A DNA stretch of 64,000 nt from a virus (taxonomy: Duplodnaviria > Caudoviricetes), in IMG/VR virus record IMGVR_UViG_3300043395_004688; one strand, given 5' to 3'. Position numbers and translations under genes: made by a program. Below are positions 1 through 7,405 of this stretch, piece by piece (positions within the stretch are counted from its first letter, which is position 1; every line of letters begins with the position of its first letter). The notes beneath the pieces were generated by a model. It made no database searches. It saw only the letters and a list, made by a program, of their open reading frames with translations, and was not told the DNA's origin.

Positions 1-2
1 TT

Positions 3-638
3 ACAGATACACATCAACTTTCTAGTGCTACGCGATTATCAAGACTTACTGAAATAACCAAGCAACTGCTGTCTACACCTATTACAAAATTACCACAAGA
101 CTATATTATACTTTCACCTGGCGGTGTACATGGTGATAAACATTTCGCATCACCGGAACGAGCAAAAAGAGATGGCATTTCATATATACGACAACGAGTT
201 AATCAAGTAAACATCTTTGCCAAAGAAGAGCTTGATCGACTTAATAAAAAAATTAATACCAGTGTACAGGGCGGGGCACTAGGCGAAAACATATTGACAG
301 AAGGATTTGATATTGACTCGTTGCCGCTGAATACAATATTAAAAATTGGAAATGAAGTAACATTACGAGTCTCGGCACGCCGATCATTTTGTGCTAAATT
401 CATTGGGGCATTTTATAGAAAGGATTACTTTACAAAAAATGATCACGATAAATTTGACAAAGAGAGGACAGGTCTTGCTACACAAGTAATAACAGGTGGT
501 ATTGTTAAAGTAGGCGACTTGATAGAAATTATCATGCCAGCCACACATGTACCGCTTACAATAAAAGGAGCCATGGTAAAATTTGAATTGCACAATCCAA
601 ATGATCCGACTTCTCCGCCAATCCCGGACCTAAAGTAG
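3..638 (+). CDS. MOSC-domain protein (YiiM-like), 5'-truncated by the window edge
   Basis: The frame of the 294..638 ORF is open back to position 3: ...GGVHGDKH...VNIFAKEELDRL...GALGENILTEGFDID...IGNEVTLRVSARRSFCAKF...GLATQVITGGIVKVGDLI. This matches the MOSC pattern G-D-x-H / GENl.t.G / R-x-x-C / V..gG.i..GD. Confidence 0.75.
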   Translation, partial: TDTHQLSSATRLSRLTEITKQLLSTPITKLPQDYIILSPGGVHGDKHFASPERAKRDGISYIRQRVNQVNIFAKEELDRLNKKINTSVQGGALGENILTEGFDIDSLPLNTILKIGNEVTLRVSARRSFCAKFIGAFYRKDYFTKNDHDKFDKERTGLATQVITGGIVKVGDLIEIIMPATHVPLTIKGAMVKFELHNPNDPTSPPIPDLK

Positions 639-641
639 GTC

Positions 642-670
642 TTGACAACTCAACCCTTTAATGTTATACT
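642..670 (+). promoter_or_regulatory. sigma70-type promoter for rnh, leaderless
   Basis: TTGACA (642-647), 17 bp, TATACT (665-670). ATG at 677 is 6 nt downstream with no SD. Confidence 0.8.
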
Positions 671-676
671 ATTCAC

Positions 677-1660
677 ATGAGCTACTTACTTGTTGATGCC
701 GCAAATCTTTTCTTCCGTGCTCGTCATGTGATCCGTAATGGTGATCCTGAAGAGCGTGTAGCTATGAGCTACCACATTATTCTTGCCGCAGTCCTTAAAC
801 AATGGCGCGATAGGCAGGGCAAGCATGTGGTATTCTGCTTTGAAGGTCGTAGCTGGCGTAAGGATCACTATGCTCCTTATAAGGCGCAGAGAGCAGATGC
901 TCGAGCCAAACATACTGTCAAAGAAGCCGAAGAAGAAAAGCTTTTTTGGGAAAGCTTTGACAAGTTCTACGAGTACATTAGCACCAAGACCAATGTGACA
1001 GTTCTTCGCAACGCAGTTTGCGAAGCTGACGACTTTATTGCTCGTTGGATTCACTTGCACCCGAATGACAATCATATTATTGTTTCTAGCGACAGCGACT
1101 TCGAACAACTCATTGCACCCAATGTGCAACTGTACAACGGCATCGCTGGTGTGCTGACCACACACGAAGGCTACTACGACGACAAGGGCCGTGCTGTAGT
1201 TGACAAGAAGACCAAGGAAGTCAAGCCAGCGCCAGATCCTGAGTGGCTGCTTTTTGAAAAATGTATGCGCGGTGATACCAGCGATAACATCTTTAGTGCG
1301 TACCCTGGTGTTCGTGAAAAAGGTTCTAAAAACAAGGTTGGTCTTAGAGAAGCCTTTGCTGATAGAAACAACAAAGGATTCATGTGGAACAATCTCATGC
1401 TACAGCGTTGGACCGACCACGAAGGAGTCGAACACCTGGTGCGAGATGATTACGAACGAAATCGTGCTATCATTGACCTAACTGCACAACCTGACAATAT
1501 TAAGGCAGTATTAGACGAAACAATTGCCCAAGCAGTTCAGCGTGAGCGAGTACCAAACGTAGGTACCCATTTTATGAAGTTCTGTGGTAAGTATGGATTA
1601 CAAAAGGCTTCTGAAAATGCTCAATATCATTCTGATTGGATGGCGTCATCGTATAACTAA
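677..1660 (+). CDS. rnh: T4-type RNase H / 5'-3' flap exonuclease
   Basis: LLVDAANLFFR, CFEGRSWRK..Y..YK..R, EADDFIA, SSDSDFEQL, GDTSDNI acidic motifs of the FEN/5'-nuclease family. Confidence 0.9.
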   Translation: MSYLLVDAANLFFRARHVIRNGDPEERVAMSYHIILAAVLKQWRDRQGKHVVFCFEGRSWRKDHYAPYKAQRADARAKHTVKEAEEEKLFWESFDKFYEYISTKTNVTVLRNAVCEADDFIARWIHLHPNDNHIIVSSDSDFEQLIAPNVQLYNGIAGVLTTHEGYYDDKGRAVVDKKTKEVKPAPDPEWLLFEKCMRGDTSDNIFSAYPGVREKGSKNKVGLREAFADRNNKGFMWNNLMLQRWTDHEGVEHLVRDDYERNRAIIDLTAQPDNIKAVLDETIAQAVQRERVPNVGTHFMKFCGKYGLQKASENAQYHSDWMASSYN

Positions 1661-1979
1661 AATTTTTATTTTTTGCGGATTAGCTGGGCTGGCCGTATGG
1701 GCACTCCCTGCAATCGCACAAGCCTTCTTGCTCAGAACAAATTGGGTATGTAGTAATACTCAAACAGTTGTTGAGGCTCTCAAAGAAGCCAATGAATCAG
1801 TTAGAGCAATCGGCAAGTCACAGACTAGCGATAACGAATCCATAATTATGTCGATTTGGGTTGCTAAAGACGGCAGTTGGAGTATCATTGCCACTAGTCA
1901 AAAAGATCCTAGCGTAAGCTGTGTTGTGATCACTGGCGACGGATTTACTAGATATAACTTATCCAAAGATTCCATTTAA
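1617..1979 (+). CDS. Hypothetical exported protein (start uncertain, 1584-1617)
   Basis: Basic-hydrophobic N-terminus ending AQA (signal-peptide-like) and two Cys; overlaps the end of rnh. Confidence 0.55.
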   Translation: MLNIILIGWRHRITKIFIFCGLAGLAVWALPAIAQAFLLRTNWVCSNTQTVVEALKEANESVRAIGKSQTSDNESIIMSIWVAKDGSWSIIATSQKDPSVSCVVITGDGFTRYNLSKDSI

Positions 1980-2016
1980 GCCCTGTTTAATAGGTTCATT
2001 ATATATGCACTTTTGC

Positions 2017-2022
2017 TAAATA
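2017..2022 (+). promoter_or_regulatory. Late promoter TAAATA
   Basis: GCTAAATA followed by 5 nt then ATG at 2028; the same spacing recurs at eight genes. Confidence 0.7.
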
Positions 2023-2027
2023 AGTGC

Positions 2028-2339
2028 ATGAGTAGACCTAAGCCAACCATTATCCTAACACATACTAATCCAAGAACTTATAAGAGCGAAGAAGTTCTTG
2101 CGGCTGATGCGATCTATGCGGTTTTCTACAAAGATAAGCCTATTAACCTACGAACATTAAACAGCCTAGTTAGCTATCCTGGGCCAAAATACAAAAAAGT
2201 AAGCTTTAGCAATCCAGGACACGCATTTAACCTTGCAGATCGTTTGAACAAAATGTTTAAGGTAAACGATTTTTCTGTAGTTGAACTCAAGCAAGGAAGG
2301 CGCATCAATGAAGCAGGAACTAGCTACAAAGATAGTTGA
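2028..2339 (+). CDS. Hypothetical protein typical of giant T4-like phages
   Basis: MSRPKPTIIL...YPGPKYKKVSFSNPGHAFNLADRLN; start reassigned to 2028 from promoter spacing. Confidence 0.75.
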   Translation: MSRPKPTIILTHTNPRTYKSEEVLAADAIYAVFYKDKPINLRTLNSLVSYPGPKYKKVSFSNPGHAFNLADRLNKMFKVNDFSVVELKQGRRINEAGTSYKDS

Positions 2340-2691
2340 GTACCTAGCTCAATATCCGCTTCCGCATATTTGGGGTAACACAAAAATAACCCCATATTCC
2401 GTTTTTAAAAATTATCAACCAGGGCGCCAAAAAGGACTAAGACTAACAACATTTGGTTGGGAGCTGATGAAGCCTCACTTTCGTTATTGGTCTTACAAAT
2501 GTCCAGCTGGATGGTCACCTAAACCCGGTCACTTGGTTGGATTAGAACAACACCTAGATTGGCCATATTATCACGGTGCTGGTTATTTTCGCATATTTGG
2601 TGAAAACGATGCCATGGAAATTCGCTTAGTAAACGACGACCTTGTATTATGGCTTGACGGTCTAAGTCGCAAAGCTCTTAACAATCGTTGA
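2308..2691 (+). CDS. Hypothetical protein
   Basis: Open frame MKQELATK... overlapping the upstream gene as in an operon. Confidence 0.7.
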   Translation: MKQELATKIVEYLAQYPLPHIWGNTKITPYSVFKNYQPGRQKGLRLTTFGWELMKPHFRYWSYKCPAGWSPKPGHLVGLEQHLDWPYYHGAGYFRIFGENDAMEIRLVNDDLVLWLDGLSRKALNNR

Positions 2692-2724
2692 TAACCAAGA
2701 TAGCATAAGCTGTACAATTAATCA

Positions 2725-3153
2725 TTGACCACAGAACAATTATGTACTATGTTCTGTGGTATGAAGAAAACACAACTCATTGACCACTTTGTTACCAAAG
2801 ATGGCAAAACCTTTGCTGGCACTCATGTAATTCTAGACCTTTGGAATTGCGCTGGCTTAGATGATGAAGAACTAATTGATCGCGCTCTAAGGCAAAGTGT
2901 AAAGGCAGCTAAGGCTACCTTGTTACATATACACCTGCACAAATTTCAACCCAATGGCGGGATTTCAGGTGTTGCTGTTCTAGCTGAATCACACATGTCC
3001 ATCCACACATGGCCTGAACGCGGTTATGCTGCCTTAGATATTTTCATGTGCGGATCCGCCGATCCTTTGTTGACTGTTCCTGTGCTTGAAAAGCATTTTA
3101 AGCCTTCCAAGGTTGTACAGGAAAAATGGTATAGAGGCATGGTCTACGACTAA
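2725..3153 (+). CDS. speD: S-adenosylmethionine decarboxylase proenzyme (start may be 2761)
   Basis: HVILDLW, HKFQPNGGISGVAVLAESHMSIHTWPERGYAALDIFMCG with the E/SH pyruvoyl self-cleavage site. Confidence 0.95.
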   Translation: MTTEQLCTMFCGMKKTQLIDHFVTKDGKTFAGTHVILDLWNCAGLDDEELIDRALRQSVKAAKATLLHIHLHKFQPNGGISGVAVLAESHMSIHTWPERGYAALDIFMCGSADPLLTVPVLEKHFKPSKVVQEKWYRGMVYD

Positions 3154-3203
3154 CCCGCCCTTGCGGTAACTTCTCAAACCACACCTGTTTTATAAATACT
3201 TTT

Positions 3204-3638
3204 ATGAAGCACTGGCAACCTTATGTGCGGGCCAGCTGGGAACTAGTGGTAGAAGCACAAGGCACTACTCAGACTTATCTAGAGTCTGATGTTGAAGCAT
3301 TCTTGGTACATGTAATGGCCCGCAGTTTTGAGCGCACAGACTTTTGGTCTGTGCCGATTGCTATAAAAATGCTTGAGGCTAGATCCTTACCAAACAATCA
3401 AAAACAACCAGTGCTTAGATCAGTGGGCGAAGAATGTCTGTTCATTGATGCATGGGAGTTTAAGAAACCTCGTTGGCCTGGAGAAGCCTATTTTAAGCAG
3501 ATGGGCAGTATTGCATTTGGCATTGCTAGCGTGGCTACTAGGCCACCAGATGAGCTACTGGACATGGCAAGCTCGCAGTTCAACACCATGAGCCAAGTGC
3601 TCAGGGGCGTAAGGGACCTATATTTGTCTAAAAATTAA
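3204..3638 (+). CDS. Hypothetical protein, late, leaderless
   Basis: TATAAATA at 3191-3198, 5 nt before ATG; clean 144-aa ORF. Confidence 0.7.
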   Translation: MKHWQPYVRASWELVVEAQGTTQTYLESDVEAFLVHVMARSFERTDFWSVPIAIKMLEARSLPNNQKQPVLRSVGEECLFIDAWEFKKPRWPGEAYFKQMGSIAFGIASVATRPPDELLDMASSQFNTMSQVLRGVRDLYLSKN

Positions 3639-3652
3639 GCAAAACAAGGGGT

Positions 3653-3707
3653 TAGCTAAGTCATTGATTTTTAACACTTTTTTAGCCCTAGCTAAGTCAT
3701 TGATTTT
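3653..3707 (+). repeat. 19-bp direct repeat TAGCTAAGTCATTGATTTT x2
   Basis: Exact copies at 3653-3671 and 3689-3707 in a non-coding gap. Confidence 0.9.
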
Positions 3708-3792
3708 AAAGAACTTTTAAAAGTGTTGCAAAAATGCCACATTTTTGAGCCAAAAAAAGTGAAAAAAAAGTGAAAAAAGAGGGGAAAAACGG

Positions 3793-3821
3793 TTGACTCA
3801 GTCCTAGGGTTCCCGTATACT
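3793..3821 (+). promoter_or_regulatory. sigma70-type early promoter P1 with upstream A-tracts
   Basis: TTGACT-N17-TATACT; A-tracts start at 3752, 3762, 3773 and 3785. Confidence 0.8.
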
Positions 3822-3830
3822 ATAAAAACT

Positions 3831-3998
3831 ATGAAACGGATCACATCAATCACTGTAAAGCTTCCGCGCCAAAAGCGCCGTTGTGTGGAACTTTACTCCG
3901 CAGATACGCCCTTTAAGGGCCGCATTGAGCGGAGCAAGGTTGCGTACAAGCGCCATGCTCGGACGCAAAAAGAGGTTGACAAGGATCTGGATCTTTAG
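3831..3998 (+). CDS. Small basic protein (55 aa), not in the ORF track; weak ArfA-like resemblance
   Basis: MKRITSITVKLPRQKRRCVELYSADTPFKGRIERSKVAYKRHARTQKEVDKDLDL*, starting 9 nt after the P1 -10 box. Confidence 0.7.
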   Translation: MKRITSITVKLPRQKRRCVELYSADTPFKGRIERSKVAYKRHARTQKEVDKDLDL

Positions 3999-4004
3999 TA
4001 AACT
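3976..4004 (+). promoter_or_regulatory. sigma70-type early promoter P2
   Basis: TTGACA-N17-TAAACT, with the -35 embedded in the last codons of the 3831 ORF. Confidence 0.7.
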
Positions 4005-4055
4005 AGGTACTGTGGTAGGATGGTCCTACCGCAAATCACACACAGGAGTGTTCGC

Positions 4056-4433
4056 ATGTCTAAGATTCTTTCTCAAACCCCCGACGCCATCCGCAAGCGT
4101 GAGGCTCGTGCTCGTGCTCGCGCCGCTGGTGTAATGGAGCTCACTGTTGCCGCGCCGGTGGCACCGGTTGTTGCGCCTGCTGTAGTTGCCGCGGCCGTTG
4201 CTGAAGTTGCCGCTGGCGAGACTTTTGCGTTTGTTGGCTATGCCATTGACGCCAAGGGTCGTGGTGCTGTTCGCTACACCAACGACAAGCGTCGGACTCG
4301 TACGCTGGTCCGTGCTGGTTGCACCGCTGTTAAGTTTGTCGAGCTGCCTGAGCCAATGACCAAGGAGCAGATTGATGCTTCTGAGTTTATTGCTCAGGTA
4401 AAGCCTGCCGACTCTGTTAGCCAGGCGGCTTAA
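4056..4433 (+). CDS. Hypothetical early protein (basic N-terminus, Ala/Pro/Val linker)
   Basis: SD ACAGGAG before ATG 4056. The C-terminal VRYTND..RTRTLVRAG...VELPEPMTKEQI pattern is recognised from large-phage hypotheticals. Confidence 0.75.
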   Translation: MSKILSQTPDAIRKREARARARAAGVMELTVAAPVAPVVAPAVVAAAVAEVAAGETFAFVGYAIDAKGRGAVRYTNDKRRTRTLVRAGCTAVKFVELPEPMTKEQIDASEFIAQVKPADSVSQAA

Positions 4434-4450
4434 TTAGGAAGGGGTAGGGG

Positions 4451-4479
4451 TTGACACTCCTACCCTACCCTGCTATACT
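4451..4479 (+). promoter_or_regulatory. sigma70-type early promoter P3 with extended -10
   Basis: TTGACA-N17-TATACT preceded by TGC. Confidence 0.85.
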
Positions 4480-4511
4480 AGAAACATCATTAACGCCCTG
4501 AAGGAGCCACC

Positions 4512-5609
4512 ATGGGAAATCAAGTAGAAACCCGCACCGTTAAGATCAGCGAGTGCAAGCCTATTCTGCGCCGTGCAGTAGCCAAGCGCCGACCAATTTT
4601 TATCTGGGGTCCTCCGGGTGTTGGTAAGAGCGATATGGTGAATCAAGTTGCCAGCGAGTTTCCTAACTCGACTGTGATTGACTTGCGTATGGCACTCATG
4701 GACCCTACTGACATCAAGGGTGTGCCTTATTATAGTGCTGGTGACAATACTATGAAGTGGGCTACTCCTAGCGAGCTGCCTACCGCAGAAGTTGCCGCTG
4801 AACACGATGTTGTGTTCCTATTCCTCGACGAGCTTAACTCTGCTCCTCCTGCTGTTCAGGCCGCGGCTTATCAGCTGGTGCTCAACCGCAAGGTTGGTCA
4901 GTACACCTTGCCCAACAATGTAGTGATCATTGCCGCAGGTAACCGCATGGGCGATAAGGGTGTTACCTATCGCATGCCTAGCCCACTGGCCAACCGTTTC
5001 CTGCATTTGGAAATTCGTGTAGACTTTGAGGACTGGGAGCAGTGGGCTTTGCACCACGAGATCCATCCGCATGTGGTGGGCTTTTTGAAGCAGTTCAAGG
5101 GTGATCTTTATAACTTTGATCCTACCCAGCACGACCGTGCGTTCGCTACTCCGCGTACCTGGAGTTTTGTGAGTGACATGTTGGATGACGACATGCCCGA
5201 CAGCGCCAACACCGACATGGTGGCTGGACTAGTTGGTGAAGGTATGGCCATTAAGTTTATGGCTCATCGTAAGCATGCCGCTGACTTGCCTGATCCTGCA
5301 GATGTGCTGAGTGGTAAAGTTACCACTTTCAAGAGCAAGGAAGTGTCTGCGGGTTATGCACTGGTTACTAGCCTCTGCTACGAACTTCGTAGCCGCTACG
5401 ATGATGGCAAGAGGACTGGCAAGCTGGACGACTTCAACAAGAGTGCTGATAACTGGCTGGGCTTTATGATGAGTAACTTTGAACCCGAAATGGTTATCAT
5501 GGGTGCTCACACCGTGCTGAAGAATTATAAGGTTGTGTTTGATCGCAAGAAGATGACCAACTTCCCCGAGTTCTTCAAGCGGTATGCCAACCTGCTCACT
5601 GACGAGTAA
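4512..5609 (+). CDS. MoxR/dynein-related AAA+ ATPase (AAA_5-like)
   Basis: Walker A GPPGVGKS, Walker B FLFLDE, sensor AAGNR, arginine finger LANRF, ATPRTW; SD AAGGAG. Confidence 0.9.
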   Translation: MGNQVETRTVKISECKPILRRAVAKRRPIFIWGPPGVGKSDMVNQVASEFPNSTVIDLRMALMDPTDIKGVPYYSAGDNTMKWATPSELPTAEVAAEHDVVFLFLDELNSAPPAVQAAAYQLVLNRKVGQYTLPNNVVIIAAGNRMGDKGVTYRMPSPLANRFLHLEIRVDFEDWEQWALHHEIHPHVVGFLKQFKGDLYNFDPTQHDRAFATPRTWSFVSDMLDDDMPDSANTDMVAGLVGEGMAIKFMAHRKHAADLPDPADVLSGKVTTFKSKEVSAGYALVTSLCYELRSRYDDGKRTGKLDDFNKSADNWLGFMMSNFEPEMVIMGAHTVLKNYKVVFDRKKMTNFPEFFKRYANLLTDE

Positions 5610-5613
5610 TAGG

Positions 5614-5931
5614 GTGAGGAACTGGGCTGTACTTGAAATAATGTATGGCCCAGAAGCCCGGCAGATATGGACGGACCAACCACCAACCCCCTCTGATGTT
5701 AGCGAGTGGCTCCGCGAACAAAGGAAAGGTTGGTCCGTCCGCCCATACCCAATTGGAGCCACAATCAATGAAGTTACCAAATGGGCCAGAGAACAGGGCC
5801 TTAAACGGTTAGATTGGGACTTTGTTCCGCGTAAGAAGATATGGTTTAGAGATCCGCAGGTAGCAATGATTTGGGACTTGTGTGGTCCTAAAAATAAAGC
5901 GGTTAAAACGGTTGACCTAGAGACAGAATAG
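5614..5931 (+). CDS. Hypothetical protein (start GTG 5614 or ATG 5641)
   Basis: Trp-rich ORF filling the gap between the AAA and vWA genes. Confidence 0.6.
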   Translation: MRNWAVLEIMYGPEARQIWTDQPPTPSDVSEWLREQRKGWSVRPYPIGATINEVTKWAREQGLKRLDWDFVPRKKIWFRDPQVAMIWDLCGPKNKAVKTVDLETE

Positions 5932-5940
5932 CCGTATAAT
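5912..5940 (+). promoter_or_regulatory. sigma70-type early promoter P4
   Basis: AAACGG-TTGACC-N17-TATAAT; shares the AAACGGTTGAC context with P1. Confidence 0.8.
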
Positions 5941-5966
5941 AGATACATAGTTTGAAGGAGCCACAA

Positions 5967-7163
5967 ATGTCTAGAATGCCCGCCCGCGATAAGCTTATTA
6001 AGAGCCGTGTTGCAATGTTGCTGAAGTATCCGTTCTGGGGGCCTTTGGCAGCTCGGCTCAAGCTTGAAGAAGTTGATTGGTGCAAGACCATTGCCACTGA
6101 CGGCCGCAAGTTTTACTATAACAAAGAGTTTGTCGAGAAGCTCAGCGACGGCGAAATGATTTTTGGTTTTGGCCACGAGCTTGGACACATTATTTTTGAT
6201 CACATGGTCCGCCGAGGAGACCGTGAACCTCAAATTTGGAACATGGCCGGTGACTATGTTATCAATAACATGCTGGTCCGTGAAGGTGTTGGCACACCAA
6301 TCACCACTGTACCTATTCTAGTTGATCGCAAGTATGAAGGCAAGACTGCCGACGAAGTTTATGACGACTTGATGGCCAATGCCACCGTTATTAAGATGAC
6401 GCTGGATGACCACCTTGATGCTGATGGCAGTGGTGACGGTGACAGCGACAGTGACGGCGAAGGCAACGGCAAGCCCAAGTTCAAGAAGCTTACCGAAGAA
6501 GAGCGCAAGGCTCTGCGTGACGAGTGGCGCGAAGCTGTTATCCAAGCCGCAAAGAATGCTGGCGCAGGTAATACGCCGGCCGCAATTCAGCGCCTAGTTA
6601 AGGATATTACTGCGCCTGTTATGGATCTGCGTGATCTGTTGCGTATTCAGTTTAGCGGCTCTGTTAAGAGTGACTACACCTGGATGCGTCCTAACCGCAA
6701 AGGTTGGCATACTGGTGCAGTTCTTCCGGGTCAGTTGCCTGGCGAGGAACTGGACATTGTAGTGGCACTTGATGCTTCAGGTTCCATTGGTGAAGACATG
6801 CTGATGGACTTTTTGGGTATGGTACAGGGTTCGCTGGATCAATTTACCAGCTACAAGGTTCGTGTTGTTACCTTTGACACTACTGTTTACAACGAAGACG
6901 AGTTCACTGCGGAAGATGGTCGTAGCATGGGCGAATACGAAGTTACCGGTGGCGGTGGTACAAGCTTTGAATGTGTGTGGCAGTGGATGAAGGACAATGA
7001 AATCCAACCGCACCAATTGGTCATGTTCACAGACGGATATCCGTTTGGTTCGTGGGGCGATCCTGACTACTGCGACACGCTGTTTGTGGTTCATGGTAGC
7101 AAGGACATCACTGCTCCGTTTGGTATCACTGCTAACTATGTGCCTGCCAATCGCAGGCATTAA
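5967..7163 (+). CDS. HExxH metallopeptidase-like + vWA domain protein (DUF2201-type)
   Basis: IATDG, GHELGHII (HExxH), acidic D/G linker, MIDAS LDASGS, GGGTSF, FTDGY; SD AAGGAG before ATG 5967. Confidence 0.9.
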   Translation: MSRMPARDKLIKSRVAMLLKYPFWGPLAARLKLEEVDWCKTIATDGRKFYYNKEFVEKLSDGEMIFGFGHELGHIIFDHMVRRGDREPQIWNMAGDYVINNMLVREGVGTPITTVPILVDRKYEGKTADEVYDDLMANATVIKMTLDDHLDADGSGDGDSDSDGEGNGKPKFKKLTEEERKALRDEWREAVIQAAKNAGAGNTPAAIQRLVKDITAPVMDLRDLLRIQFSGSVKSDYTWMRPNRKGWHTGAVLPGQLPGEELDIVVALDASGSIGEDMLMDFLGMVQGSLDQFTSYKVRVVTFDTTVYNEDEFTAEDGRSMGEYEVTGGGGTSFECVWQWMKDNEIQPHQLVMFTDGYPFGSWGDPDYCDTLFVVHGSKDITAPFGITANYVPANRRH

Positions 7164-7164
7164 A

Positions 7165-7375
7165 CCAGAAGGACGTTCAGCTTAATCAGCTGATACTGTG
7201 ACCCGCAGGATGAGAAGTGGTGTGATAACCACGGGTGGTTCCAGTCTAACCTAACTGGCGCTGGCGATGCGAGAATCCTCCCTGGTTGGGAAGCGGGTGG
7301 AAGGCATGCGTGATGGTGTTGGGAGTAACCTAGCGCCTGATGTGCTACAATTACCGCCGCAGGGAGGAAGCACTT
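7165..7375 (+). ncRNA. Putative structured non-coding RNA with a C/D-type kink-turn
   Basis: Helices TCAGCT/AGCTGA, ACCC/GGGT, GTGGT/ACCAC, CCAGT/ACTGG; 9-bp TCCTCCCTG(7276-84)/CAGGGAGGA(7360-68) closing a nested arm rich in G-U pairs. Confidence 0.7.
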
Positions 7376-7382
7376 AGTTCGC

Positions 7383-7405
7383 TAAGTAAGGTAGAGTACC
7401 TTACT
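7383..7405 (+). promoter_or_regulatory. Late promoter TAAGTA overlapped by a perfect 9-bp hairpin abutting the radical SAM start codon
   Basis: TAAGTA 7383-88; AGTAAGGTA-GAG-TACCTTACT 7385-7405; ATG 7406. Confidence 0.7.

Noticed and set aside
5229-6233. 334-aa minus-strand ORF (also 4473..4805, 4818..5132, 6777..7160)
   Set aside because: Antisense shadow of the AAA/vWA genes; biased codon usage depletes reverse-frame stops; no motifs, SD or promoter.
7340-7405. ORF-track N-terminal extensions (7340, also 2013, 4020, 5952, 11936, 16850, 27414, 61577)
   Set aside because: Promoter spacing, SD sites or overlap with structured RNA support the downstream starts used in the feature list.
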